Shown: piece after piece, positions 22,180 to 31,904 of the stretch
Layout of the letters: each line of letters opens with the position of its first letter
Numbering within the stretch: the stretch's first letter is position 1
Assembly: GCF_026004115.1 (NCBI RefSeq)
Contig: NZ_BPIM01000001.1
Coordinates: forward strand, 3,172,594-3,236,593
Direction: 5' to 3'
Source: Meiothermus sp.
GTDB taxonomy: Bacteria > Deinococcota > Deinococci > Deinococcales > Thermaceae
DNA length: 64,000 bases
Notes under the pieces: model-generated
The model's database searches: none
What the model saw: the letters and a program-made list of their open reading frames with translations, nothing else
What the model was told of the DNA's origin: nothing
Position numbers and translations under genes: made by a program

Positions 22180-24150
22180 ATGATTCGCACTGTCGCCCTC
22201 GTGGGGCACAGCGGCAGCGGTAAAACCACCCTCGGCGAGGCACTCCTCTACTTCACCGGGGGCAAGGATCGCATGGGCAAGGTAGAGGAGGGCAACACCA
22301 CCTCAGACTACACCCCGGAAGAAAAGGCCCACCGGGTCTCGGTTCGTACGGCCGTGTTGCCGCTGACCTACCAGGGACATCGGATTTACCTGCTCGACGC
22401 ACCGGGCTACGCCGATTTTGTCGGGGAAATTCGCGGGGCTATGGAGGCCGCTGATGCAGCGGTGGTTGCGGTTTCTGCCGAAGCCGGCGTGCAGATTGGC
22501 ACCGAGCGGGCCTGGACGGTGGCCGAGCGATTGGAACTACCGCGCATGGTGGTGGTGACCAAGCTGGAGAAAGGGGGAAATTTTTTTGCCCTGCTCGAGG
22601 ATCTGCGCTCCACATTGGGGCACATCATCCCGGCCCACCTGCCGCTCTACGAAAATGGGCAGTGGGTCGGCCTGATTGACGTTCTGCATGACCGGGCCTT
22701 CCGCTACGAGAAAGGTCGTCCGGTAGTGGCGAGCATCCCCGAGGATCAGAAGGCTCATGTCGAGAAGTACCGTAGCGAAGCCCGCGAGGCTATCATCGAG
22801 ACCGACGAAAGCCTGCTGGAGAAGTACCTGGAAGGCGGCGAAGTAGAAGAGGTGGCGCTCTCGAGGGCTTTCCACGAAGCGGTACGTAAAGGCCAGGTCT
22901 TCCCGGTGGCCATTGGTTCCTCCGGGGCTCTGATCGGGCTCGATATGCTGCTCGACTTGTTCTTGGAGGCCCTGCCCTCCCCCGAGGAGCGCTGGGGCGA
23001 GGGCGGCCCAGCAGCCAAGGTGTTCAAGGTACAGGTAGACCCCTTCATGGGGCAGGTGGCTTTTGCCCGGTTGTACCGGGGCAAGGTAAAAGTCGGCGAC
23101 ACCCTGCAATCGGACAATGGCTCGGTGCGCCTGGCCCACATTTACACCGCCAGAGGCAAGGATCTGGTGGAGCTCGAGGAAGCCGAAGCCGGTACCATTC
23201 TGGCCCTCCCCAAGGCCGACAACCTGCACAAGGGGATGGAACTATGGCAGGGGGAACGCCCCGAGTTTCCTACAGCACGCCTGCCTGACCCGGTAGCAAT
23301 GCTGGCCATTGCACCCGAAACCCGTAGCGACGAGGCCAAGCTCGGAGACGCGCTGCGCAAGCTGCTGGAAGAAGACCCCAGCCTGAAGTTCGAACGCAAC
23401 CCCGAGACCGGTGAGCAAATCCTGTGGGGCATGGGCGACCTGCATCTGGAAACCGCCAGGGAACGCCTGGCCGACTATGGGGTGAAAATCACCAGCCGCC
23501 CCCCTAAAATCCCCTACCGCGAAACCATACGCAAGAAGGCCGAAGGCCAGGGCAAGCACAAGAAGCAGACCGGCGGGCACGGGCAGTACGGCGATGTATG
23601 GCTGCGGTTAGAACCCCACGAAGACTACGAGTTTGTTTGGGAAATTACCGGCGGCGTAATTCCCACCAAGTACATGGAGTCGGTGGAAATGGGCATCCAG
23701 GAGGCCGCCAAAACCGGGCCTCTGGCCGGTTACCCGGTGATTGGCTTCAGGGCTGCGGTTTACCACGGCTCCTACCACGATGTGGACAGCTCTGACATGG
23801 CCTTTCAGTTGGCCGCCCAACTGGCATTCAAAAACGTGGTGGCGCAGGCCAGCCCCACCCTCCTGGAGCCCATCTACACCCTCAAAATTTTTGTCCCGCA
23901 AGACCGGGTAGGCGATATTTTGTCCGACATGCAGTCGCGGCGCGGGCGCATCCTGGGCATGGATCAGGACGGCGCGCTGGCGGTGGTGAGCGCAGAGGCT
24001 CCCCTGGCCGAAATCCTCGAGTACAGCCGCACCCTCTCCGGGCTGACCCAGGGAACCGGGGCCTATAGCCTCGAGTTCTCCCATTACGCCGAGGTGCCGC
24101 CCAACCTGGCCCAGAAAATTATTGCCGAACGGCAGAAGGCCGAAGCCTAG
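22180..24150 (+). CDS. Elongation factor G paralogue (EF-G2-like translational GTPase)
   Basis: GHSGSGKTT, DAPGYADF and TKLE G-motifs. I chose the start at MIRTVAL, which has TAAGGAGG upstream. At 656 aa it is shorter than canonical EF-G. Confidence 0.9.
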   Translation: MIRTVALVGHSGSGKTTLGEALLYFTGGKDRMGKVEEGNTTSDYTPEEKAHRVSVRTAVLPLTYQGHRIYLLDAPGYADFVGEIRGAMEAADAAVVAVSAEAGVQIGTERAWTVAERLELPRMVVVTKLEKGGNFFALLEDLRSTLGHIIPAHLPLYENGQWVGLIDVLHDRAFRYEKGRPVVASIPEDQKAHVEKYRSEAREAIIETDESLLEKYLEGGEVEEVALSRAFHEAVRKGQVFPVAIGSSGALIGLDMLLDLFLEALPSPEERWGEGGPAAKVFKVQVDPFMGQVAFARLYRGKVKVGDTLQSDNGSVRLAHIYTARGKDLVELEEAEAGTILALPKADNLHKGMELWQGERPEFPTARLPDPVAMLAIAPETRSDEAKLGDALRKLLEEDPSLKFERNPETGEQILWGMGDLHLETARERLADYGVKITSRPPKIPYRETIRKKAEGQGKHKKQTGGHGQYGDVWLRLEPHEDYEFVWEITGGVIPTKYMESVEMGIQEAAKTGPLAGYPVIGFRAAVYHGSYHDVDSSDMAFQLAAQLAFKNVVAQASPTLLEPIYTLKIFVPQDRVGDILSDMQSRRGRILGMDQDGALAVVSAEAPLAEILEYSRTLSGLTQGTGAYSLEFSHYAEVPPNLAQKIIAERQKAEA

Positions 24151-24205
24151 ACTTGCCCGCCATCGGCCCTATTCCTGCCCAAAGCCCCTGGGCCTCCGGT
24201 TCTGG

Positions 24206-24886
24206 CTACCCCTGGTCTGGCGCAGGCGTGGGCCAGTACCCCTTTTCGCTCATCCAGTCGTAGGTTCGGGCGGCCATGCTAATGGTCTCGGCGGCGAGCA
24301 GGTAGGCCACCAGTTCCTTGTTCAAAGAAGGCTCCCAGCGCAGGCTTTGCACTGCGCTGAGCAGCATGTTAACCATCAGGTCGGCCAAAAAAGCAGCCTC
24401 GGGGCGGCCTCCATCGGGGATAGCCAGCGGCTTCAACAAGGTCATGAGGTGCTGGGTGAGTTCGTCGCGGATACTTTGCTGTATGGCAGCCAGGGTGCGC
24501 CCCAGCGGCGTGGGCTCTCGAAAGTAGCGCAACAAAAGCTCCACAAACTGCCACTGGGCCTCGAGCTGATCTAAAATCCTGTGGTACTGGGCCAGCACCA
24601 GATTGAAGTCGTTCACCCCTTCTTCGCGCAATAGGGAAAGCCCCTCACGAATGGAGTCCTGGATGCGCCGCCCGATGTGTTCGGCGGCTGCAACGACGCA
24701 GTCCTCGAGGCTGGCAAAGTGCGCATAGAAGCCCGACTGCACGATGCCCGCATCGTGGGCGACTCGAGCCGTGGAAATAGCCTCCAGACCTTCACGGCTC
24801 AGGATCTCGACCGTGGCCTGGATAAGCCGCTCGCGGGTGGCCTGGCCGTCTCGGCGCTTTCGTAGGGGCTTGGCGTTGGAGCTCAT
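24206..24886 (-). CDS. TetR family transcriptional regulator
   Basis: HTH region TRERLIQATVEILSREGLEAISTARVAHDAGIVQSGFYAHF. Start chosen at MSSNAKP. Confidence 0.8.
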   Translation of the reverse strand: MSSNAKPLRKRRDGQATRERLIQATVEILSREGLEAISTARVAHDAGIVQSGFYAHFASLEDCVVAAAEHIGRRIQDSIREGLSLLREEGVNDFNLVLAQYHRILDQLEAQWQFVELLLRYFREPTPLGRTLAAIQQSIRDELTQHLMTLLKPLAIPDGGRPEAAFLADLMVNMLLSAVQSLRWEPSLNKELVAYLLAAETISMAARTYDWMSEKGYWPTPAPDQG

Positions 24887-24993
24887 GGTTTCCTGACCGA
24901 ACATTAACACACCATTTAGTTTCCATGTCTGTAAGTTGTGCAAGTAAAATGATTGAACTATCATTCTTATGGGCAGTGACCCAAGGAGGAAAC

Positions 24994-25866
24994 ATGCGGC
25001 AGCTCAAACCTCTTTTGAAAATCCTTGCCTCAGGGATGGTAGGTCTATTGGCAGCTTGTGGTCAACAACCCACCACCGACCCAATTTCTAAAGCCGATGC
25101 CCAGAAGCTCAAGGACTCGCTAACACAGAGCAATAAATACCTCGTTGCAGCCATCGCCAGCCCATCGGGGGTCGTCACCACCAATACCGCAGGCGGGCTG
25201 AGCCTGCCTTCTCCGGTAGCCAACCTGATTCTGGCCTCTGGGCTGCAACCCCAATCCATCAACTGTACGGCCAGCGAAACCCCCCCCAAGGCACAGCAAC
25301 AAGACCTGGACAACGACAAGATTCCGCTACAGGCTACCTACAGGGTAGACTGCACGGTCGGCGACACTCGGCTCAGGGGGGGCATCGTGCTGAGGGACAA
25401 AGACGACAACAACCCCACCAGCGGCTATACCGTGGACACCGACCAGTACCAGCTCACCTTCAACACCGGCAAGTCCAACGAGTCGGGGGTCAAGCTCGAT
25501 CTGGATCTGGACGTCACCTGGAACAACCCCAACTATGCTGTTCGCTACAACTTCAACTTTGAAATCTACGGCAGCGATGGGCTTTACGGCACCACCTACA
25601 CCTATACCGCCACCTATGTTCCTGATAATGCCCAAACGCCCTTTGCGGCAGGCACCTTTAACTATGAAGGTTCGCTGGACTTCCGTACCCCCACCAAGCT
25701 GTATCGGCTCACCGGCAAAACCACCGACCTCAAGTTCAGCAACGCCTGCAAGGAAACCTTCGTCGGCGGAAGCTGGAACCTGGAAGACACCCACGGCAAC
25801 AAGCTATTTGTGGTCTACAACGCCTGCAACAACGTGACCGTGACCTACAACGGCGAGGCTTTATAG
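24994..25866 (+). CDS. Hypothetical lipoprotein
   Basis: MRQLKPLLKILASGMVGLLAAC has a lipobox. GGAGGA lies upstream of ATG 24994. The mature part is Thr/Asn/Tyr-rich and probably beta-rich. Confidence 0.6.
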   Translation: MRQLKPLLKILASGMVGLLAACGQQPTTDPISKADAQKLKDSLTQSNKYLVAAIASPSGVVTTNTAGGLSLPSPVANLILASGLQPQSINCTASETPPKAQQQDLDNDKIPLQATYRVDCTVGDTRLRGGIVLRDKDDNNPTSGYTVDTDQYQLTFNTGKSNESGVKLDLDLDVTWNNPNYAVRYNFNFEIYGSDGLYGTTYTYTATYVPDNAQTPFAAGTFNYEGSLDFRTPTKLYRLTGKTTDLKFSNACKETFVGGSWNLEDTHGNKLFVVYNACNNVTVTYNGEAL

Positions 25867-25931
25867 CCCTTGGCTCGGTTGTCAAGGCCAAAATTCGCAC
25901 ATCTTCTGGCCCAGGCGAGTACCATACACGT

Positions 25932-27356
25932 ATGGCTCGCCTTTTAATTTTTGTGTTGCTGTTGCTTGGCCCGGCCCTGGCCCAGAACCTGCTCGCACTG
26001 GCCCCGCAGGGGGCCGTAGCAGGCTTTTACATGAACGACCTGCGCGGTAGCCGCTACCTGAGCGGTCTGGCTGCCGACTGGAAACAGAGCGGTATGGAGG
26101 CTCTGCTGGGCCGCGAACTGGGCAAACAGGCCGGCAACGATGCCGACTTATTGGGTATTGCAGCGGGCGGGGTGGCCATAGCCCTGTATAGCGATGGATT
26201 TTTTGTGATTACCCGACCCACCCAGGCAGCCATGCGGGCCCTGCGCAAGGATACCAGGGGACTGCGCCCCCAAGGCGGCTGGCTGGTGGGGGGTGACCAG
26301 GATGTCCAGACGGGCTTCAGCCGCGAGCTGGTGTTTATCGCCTCGCCCAGGTATGCCCGTTTGTTTTTGCAAAACCGCCGGGGCCTGCAAGCCCCGGTGC
26401 GGGGCGACATCGTGCTGTGGGGTTCACCGCCGCAAGACCTGTTGCAAAGCCTGAACCTGCCCCCCAGGGCCAATGGGGCAGCCCGCACCTTCCGTCGCTT
26501 CAGCTACGCCATCCAACTCACTGCCGGCGGCTACACCGAAGAGACTCGCCTGGACGTGAACCCTGCCCCCGACCCCGCCCTGGCCAGCCTGCTGCTGCCC
26601 AAAGAGCGCCCCTACAACGCTGCCGACCTTCCCCAGGGCTACTCGGTTTCTACAGGTGTGCTGGATCTGAGCCGGGCAGGCCCCTATCTGTCTGGCCTTT
26701 TACGCGATTTTGATGTACGGCTCAATCTCGATTTACGGGCTTTTGGGGCCCGCTATGCTACCGTAACGGTGCAAGGGCCACCCCCCGCCCCCGATGGTCG
26801 CAGCGAGGCCATTCTGGGTCACAGCCTGATCTACTGGGAGGTACGCGACCCCGCTACTGCCGAGGCCAACCTGCTGGCGCTCTTGCAGAGCCTGGCCGCC
26901 TTTTCTACACCCGATGGGCAGGGCGGCTTCAAGGTGTTGGGCAACGAAGGCGACTTTAAGGCGGTGGAGGTGGGTCTGGGCGGAACCCTCTACTACAAGC
27001 TCGAGCCCACCCGCCTGGTGATTGCAACCAGCAAAAGCGCCCTACAAGCGGTGAACAACCCCCCCTGGAGCCAGGATCCCAACTTCCGACGCTTCCGCGC
27101 CCGCATTCCGGCCAATGCCATCGGCTACAGCTTTGCTAACCAGGGCTCGAGCTTACAGCAGCAGTTGGGACAGCTGGGTACCACCCTCCCGCAAACCATT
27201 GGCAGCGAGCTGGATCAGCAAACCTCCCGCGAGCTGGCCAAAGCCTTGACCAACTTTACAGAGCGACTGGCCAAGCGCTTCGGTTCGGGGCTTTCGTATG
27301 CCGTGGTGGAGGGCAACAGCTTGATTAGCCGGGGGTTCTATGAGGTGCGCTGGTAA
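25932..27356 (+). CDS. Hypothetical secreted protein (474 aa)
   Basis: Signal peptide MARLLIFVLLLLGPALAQ. No motif recognised. Confidence 0.6.
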   Translation: MARLLIFVLLLLGPALAQNLLALAPQGAVAGFYMNDLRGSRYLSGLAADWKQSGMEALLGRELGKQAGNDADLLGIAAGGVAIALYSDGFFVITRPTQAAMRALRKDTRGLRPQGGWLVGGDQDVQTGFSRELVFIASPRYARLFLQNRRGLQAPVRGDIVLWGSPPQDLLQSLNLPPRANGAARTFRRFSYAIQLTAGGYTEETRLDVNPAPDPALASLLLPKERPYNAADLPQGYSVSTGVLDLSRAGPYLSGLLRDFDVRLNLDLRAFGARYATVTVQGPPPAPDGRSEAILGHSLIYWEVRDPATAEANLLALLQSLAAFSTPDGQGGFKVLGNEGDFKAVEVGLGGTLYYKLEPTRLVIATSKSALQAVNNPPWSQDPNFRRFRARIPANAIGYSFANQGSSLQQQLGQLGTTLPQTIGSELDQQTSRELAKALTNFTERLAKRFGSGLSYAVVEGNSLISRGFYEVRW

Positions 27357-27626
27357 TACCGGATTCAAAAAGATAATCATCCAAACCAAAGATCCCCCAG
27401 AGGCTAACTTTTTGAATCCTAGAGCACACCCCTCCCTGTCGGTCGGCGAAGAAAGCGTCTGCCTTCCAAGGGGCTTACGCCCTCCGCTACGCGGATAACT
27501 TCCAAGGGGCTTACGCCCTCCGCTACGCGGATAACTTCCAAGGGGCGGTATCGCCCTCCGCTACGCGGATAACTTCGGCCCTGTTAGTTCGCCGCCATCC
27601 GGCGCCGAACTAACCGAATCTGGTAT
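27356..27626. repeat. MITE-like modular intergenic repeat, copy 3 (271 bp, longest and most complete)
   Basis: The ends ATACCGGATTC...GAATCTGGTAT form an 11 bp terminal inverted repeat with 1 mismatch. It fills the whole gap between two convergent stop codons. Confidence 0.8.
27464..27573. repeat. Tandem triplication of a 36-38 bp module inside MITE copy 3
   Basis: TTCCAAGGGGCTTACGCCCTCCGCTACGCGGATAAC occurs twice, followed by the variant TTCCAAGGGGCGGTATCGCCCTCCGCTACGCGGATAAC. Confidence 0.85.
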
Positions 27627-29065
27627 TAGGGGTTCAAAATGGCCGCTCGAGCAAAAGCCAGCCCGGTGGCTTGCTCGAAGGCATGGGCTACGGTAAAGAT
27701 TTGCTCGTCGCACAAAGGTTTGCCGATAAGCTGTACGCCCACCGGCAAGTTACCCTCGAGCCCGGCGGGGATGCTCATGGCGGGCGCACCGGCCAGGTTG
27801 ACGGCTACGGTATCTATGTCGGCCAGGTACATCGAGAGGGGGTCGCTGGTTTTCTCGCCAAAGCGGAAGGCCGGGAAGGGGCTGGTGGGGGTGAGTAACA
27901 GGTTGGCTTGGGTAAAAGCATCGTCCAGGTCGGCTTTTAGTTTGGCCCTCGCCCGCAGGGCTTTGCCGTAGTAGGCATCGTAGTAGCCCGAGGAAAGCAC
28001 AAAAGTTCCCATCAAAACCCGCCGCTGCACCTCGGGGCCAAAACCATGTTCACGGCTTTGCATCATGGTATCGGCACTATCCAGACCGGGCACCCGCAGG
28101 CCATAAAGCGTGCCATCGTAGCGGGCCAGGTTGGAGCTGATCTCGGCGGTGTTGACGATGTAGTAAGCCGCCAGGGCATATTCCAGGGTGGGGATGCTGA
28201 CCTCCACAAAACGCACCCCCTGCTCCTCCATTACTGTGCGAAAGCGCTCGAGGGCCTCCAGCACGCCCGGCGAGTTGCCCACCGCCAGGGCTTCTTTAAC
28301 GATGCCAATGGTCATGCCCTGCACTGGGGCCTCTAAAGCCTTCCCGAACTGCGGCACGGCCTCCAGGCTGGTGCTGTCTTTAGGGTCATAGCCACTGATC
28401 ACATCGCTCAGCAGGGCCAGATCCTTTACCGAGCGGGCCAGCGTACCCACCTGATCCAGACTGCTGGCCGTGGCCACCACCCCATAGCGCGAGATACGAC
28501 CGTAGGTAGGTTTGAAGCCATAGACCCCGCACAGCGCAGCCGGCTGGCGCACACTGCCACCGGTATCGGTGCCGAGCGCAACCGGCACCATATCGGCTGC
28601 GACGGCCGCCGCTGAGCCTCCTGAGGTGCCCCCCGGCACCCGTTCCAGATCCCAGGGGTTGCGGGTAGGGCCAAAAGCCGAATATTCGGTGGAAGAACCC
28701 ATGGCGAACTCGTCCATGTTGGCCTTGGCCATCACAATAGCCCCTGCCTGCCGGAGCCTTTCGACTACCGTTGCGCTGTATGGGGGCACAAAGGCGGCCA
28801 GCATCTTAGAGCCACAGGTGGTCTCGAGGCCCTGGGTGCAGATATTGTCCTTGACGGCAAGCGGAACGCCCGCCAGGGGCAGGTTTTCGCCTCTGGCAAG
28901 CCGATGTTCAACAACATGGGCTTCTTCTAGTGCCTGGGGGTTCAGGCGGATAAAGGCATGGATGTGGGGCTCGAGCTGCTCGATGCGCTGCATGTAGCTC
29001 TCCACAACTTCCCGAGGTGACCTCTGGCCCGATTGAACGCTTTGCACAATTTCCAACGCCAACAT
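27626..29065 (-). CDS. gatA: Glu-tRNA(Gln)/Asp-tRNA(Asn) amidotransferase subunit A
   Basis: Amidase signature GGSSGGSAAAVA-like (GGTSGGSAAAVAA) and DTGGSVRQPAA. Start chosen at MLALEIV. Confidence 0.9.
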   Translation of the reverse strand: MLALEIVQSVQSGQRSPREVVESYMQRIEQLEPHIHAFIRLNPQALEEAHVVEHRLARGENLPLAGVPLAVKDNICTQGLETTCGSKMLAAFVPPYSATVVERLRQAGAIVMAKANMDEFAMGSSTEYSAFGPTRNPWDLERVPGGTSGGSAAAVAADMVPVALGTDTGGSVRQPAALCGVYGFKPTYGRISRYGVVATASSLDQVGTLARSVKDLALLSDVISGYDPKDSTSLEAVPQFGKALEAPVQGMTIGIVKEALAVGNSPGVLEALERFRTVMEEQGVRFVEVSIPTLEYALAAYYIVNTAEISSNLARYDGTLYGLRVPGLDSADTMMQSREHGFGPEVQRRVLMGTFVLSSGYYDAYYGKALRARAKLKADLDDAFTQANLLLTPTSPFPAFRFGEKTSDPLSMYLADIDTVAVNLAGAPAMSIPAGLEGNLPVGVQLIGKPLCDEQIFTVAHAFEQATGLAFARAAILNP

Positions 29066-29210
29066 ACCGCCCCATGATAAGGCCGATGGGGCCGAAGGTA
29101 GCAAATATGGCTTTGGTGCCTGATTTTAAGGATGCTGTTTACGGGTCGCAAGTCTCAGGTCAAAGGCCGCCTTTTCGGGGCGTAGGGCTTGCCGAAATTT
29201 TGTCCTGGTG

Positions 29211-29246
29211 TTCTGGAACAAGTTCTGGAACAAGTTCTGGAACAAG
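29211..29246. repeat. Perfect 3 x 12 bp tandem repeat (TTCTGGAACAAG) upstream of gatA
   Basis: Read directly from the sequence. Across unit junctions the sequence reads GTTC-TG-GAAC (the leading G comes from the preceding unit), an imperfect palindrome. Confidence 0.85.
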
Positions 29247-29286
29247 TATCAGGATAACGGGCCTGGGCTATGCCCAATACCTCCAA

Positions 29287-30225
29287 TCACAACCAGCCCT
29301 GAATACCGCATTCAAACCAGCTTTGCACATCAGGCCAGGCGGCCCCTCCGCCAAAGGGCAAAAAGGTGACCGGGCCGGGCTCCTTGCGGAACCAGGTGTA
29401 CTGGCGTTTAGCATAGGCCCGTGTTGCGCTCACCACAGCTTGCTGGGCCTCCTGAAGCGTGTACTCACCTCGCAAATAGCCCGCTACTTCCTTGTAGCCG
29501 ATGCTCTGCAAGGCGGTGGGCATGTGCGGGTACTGGTTCAGCAAGCGCTCGACCTCCTGAACCAGGCCTTGTGCAAACATTCGCTCGACCCGGGCCTCGA
29601 GACGCGGCTTTAGCCACTCCCAGGGGGGCCACAAAATCAGTTTTAGGTACCTGAACCGTGGCGCACGTCTGGGAATCCTGGCCGGTGGCATGCCGGTACG
29701 GCGCAGTATCTCCACCGCCCGCACGATGCGGCGGGGGTTGCGCTGCACCCGCAGGGCATCTTCGGGGCTGGCGGCCTCGAGTTCGGCCAGCAAAGGCCCA
29801 ATCCCCCAGGTTTCAACCACCTTCCACAGCTCGGCCTGAAGCGCGGCATCGGGCTTTGGTAGTTCGTGTAATCCTTCCGATAGCGCTCGAATGTAATAGC
29901 CGGTGCCTCCCGCCACCAGGGGAATTCGATTCTGCTCCAGAATCTCTTCGATCGCCTCTTCGGCGCGGCGCACATAGTCAGAGACACTAAAGGGCTGGTT
30001 GGGCCACAGCACATCGATCAGGTAGTGCCTGACCCGTTGCTGCTCGGCTTGGCTGGGCTTGGCCGTTCCGATGTCCATCCCCCGGTACACCATGCTGGCA
30101 TCGGCAGAAACCACCGCCAGCGGGTACCTCTCTCCCAGGCAGAGAGCCAGCTCGGTCTTGCCGGTGGCGGTGGGCCCGGTCAACACTGGAATGGCCGGAT
30201 GGGGTCGCTGTTTCGCATCACGCAT
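29287..30225 (-). CDS. miaA: tRNA dimethylallyltransferase
   Basis: GPTATGKT P-loop, [20 protein letters not shown]-like motif and the HHLID-like motif RHYLID. Confidence 0.9.
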   Translation of the reverse strand: MRDAKQRPHPAIPVLTGPTATGKTELALCLGERYPLAVVSADASMVYRGMDIGTAKPSQAEQQRVRHYLIDVLWPNQPFSVSDYVRRAEEAIEEILEQNRIPLVAGGTGYYIRALSEGLHELPKPDAALQAELWKVVETWGIGPLLAELEAASPEDALRVQRNPRRIVRAVEILRRTGMPPARIPRRAPRFRYLKLILWPPWEWLKPRLEARVERMFAQGLVQEVERLLNQYPHMPTALQSIGYKEVAGYLRGEYTLQEAQQAVVSATRAYAKRQYTWFRKEPGPVTFLPFGGGAAWPDVQSWFECGIQGWL

Positions 30226-30266
30226 AGCTCATAGCCCAGGGCTTTAATCATGATATCCTCGAGGCC

Positions 30267-30671
30267 ATGACCATTGAGCGCTTTGATGCTATTGAGCGTT
30301 TACAAACCATCCGCCAACAACTCGACGAGCTCTCGAGGCGGTTTGCCTCCCAGGAAGCCCTCGGCGAGTGGGTGCCGGCGGTAGATATACTCGACGAAGG
30401 CACCCAGTACCGCATTCTGGTGGATGTACCCGGCGTAAAAAACGAAGACCTGGAGTTGCTTGAGGAAGGTCAGACCATCACCCTGGCCGGTGTGCGGCAT
30501 CCCAGGGTGGGCAGCTACGCGCGCCAGGAGCGTTCTACCGGCACCTTTCGACGCACCCTGACCCTGCCTGAGGCCATCCTCCCCAATAGCGCCCAGGCTT
30601 CTCTCAAGGGTGGGGTGCTCGAGCTGGTGGTGCAAAAAGCCCGTAAAACCTCGCGCAAAAGCAAAAAATAA
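30267..30671 (+). CDS. Hsp20/alpha-crystallin small heat-shock protein
   Basis: WVPAVDILDEGTQYRILVDVPGV..F.R...LP matches the alpha-crystallin domain pattern. Confidence 0.9.
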   Translation: MTIERFDAIERLQTIRQQLDELSRRFASQEALGEWVPAVDILDEGTQYRILVDVPGVKNEDLELLEEGQTITLAGVRHPRVGSYARQERSTGTFRRTLTLPEAILPNSAQASLKGGVLELVVQKARKTSRKSKK

Positions 30672-30733
30672 GCCAGCCACGAAGGTTTTTATCCTGGAGC
30701 CAGTCCAGATAGGCCCAAGGGAATAGTGGCGAT

Positions 30734-31342
30734 TCAAAGGATCTCCTGCACCTCCGGGGCCACCACCATATGACACTTGCGGCAGCGCGGCTCGTAGGCC
30801 TCGCTGGCCCCCACCAGGATCACGGGATCGTCGTAGCGGGCTGGTTTGCCGTTCACAAAGCGCTGGGTGCGGGTCGCAGGAGCTCCACAAACCGGACACA
30901 CGGCATAAAGTTTTTCCACGTACTCGGCGCGGGTCAAAAGGTCGGGCATAATGCCAAAGGGCTCTCCACGAAAGTCCATGTCCAGACCAGCGCAAATCAC
31001 CCGCACGCCCTTGTCGGCAAGCTCCAGCACTAGCGGTATCAAACCCGCATCAAAAAACTGTGCCTCATCTACTGCGACCACATCGGGAAGAGGCTCGGTC
31101 AGGTGGGCCCGCAGCTCGGCCGAATCGTACACCGCAATAGCCTCTGCGCGCCTGCCGTCGTGGCTCGAGACATCTGTTGCGTGCTAGCGGGCATCTATGC
31201 GCGGCTTGAATACCAGCACCCGCTGCCGGGCAATCAGGGCCCGCTTGATGCGCCGGATCAATTCGTCCGACTTTCCCGAGAACATCGGCCCAACCACAAC
31301 TTCAATCCAACCCTGGTGGTGCGGAAGATGGGGCAAGCTCAT
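30734..31342 (-). pseudogene. tdk: Thymidine kinase with an in-frame TAG replacing a conserved Tyr codon
   Basis: ATG 31342 gives [52 protein letters not shown], then TAG at 31186-31184. The same frame continues [24 protein letters not shown]...CPVCG...CRKCH. The TK consensus at the stop position is D.RY. Confidence 0.8.
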
Positions 31343-31509
31343 AACCGGGGCCTAGCATATAGCATTGGCGGTATCGCCGACCGAAAGCGAGAGCAAGCGA
31401 GCAATCCAGTTAGCCGGTAGCCGTTCATGGGCCAAGGTATTGCGTGCACGGTTCACAGGCAACAAACAACCTGACTGCGCCAGGGTTCCATCCAGGACAA
31501 AGGGTTCTT

Positions 31510-31757
31510 ATACCAGATTCGGTTGATTCTTTACCAAACGGCAGCGAATCTACCCGACCAAAGTTATCCGCGTAGCGGCGGGCAATACCGCCGTTGGAAA
31601 GGGCGACGCTTTTTCACCGACCGACAGGGAGCGGAATGCTCTAGAAAGACAACCTCTGGGATATTTGGTTTTGCAACGGTCTTTTTGCATCCTAAAGCAC
31701 TCCCTTCGGCCCTGTTAGTTCGCCGCCATCCGGCGCCGAACTAACCGAATCTGGTAT
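31510..31757. repeat. MITE-like modular repeat, copy 4 (248 bp, composite), immediately upstream of the cas operon
   Basis: A perfect 15 bp terminal inverted repeat, ATACCAGATTCGGTT...AACCGAATCTGGTAT. The inner modules are in the opposite orientation to copy 3. Confidence 0.8.
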
Positions 31758-31904
31758 TAGAGCGGTCTCCAAGTACTTCCGCTCTAAAGTGGCAGCACAT
31801 TTAGCGTAATATACTCAGATTATATTCTAATACTTTTTACTATTTCTAAAAAATGGACGGTTGTTGGACGGTATTGTGCTAACTTTGCAACAAGCAAAAC
31901 TGCC

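Noticed and set aside
27354-27628. A TA target-site duplication flanking the MITE-like elements, as in IS630/mariner-like elements.
   Set aside because: Only copy 3 shows TA on both sides. The other four copies have inconsistent flanks (T/A on one side only), so no duplication can be claimed.
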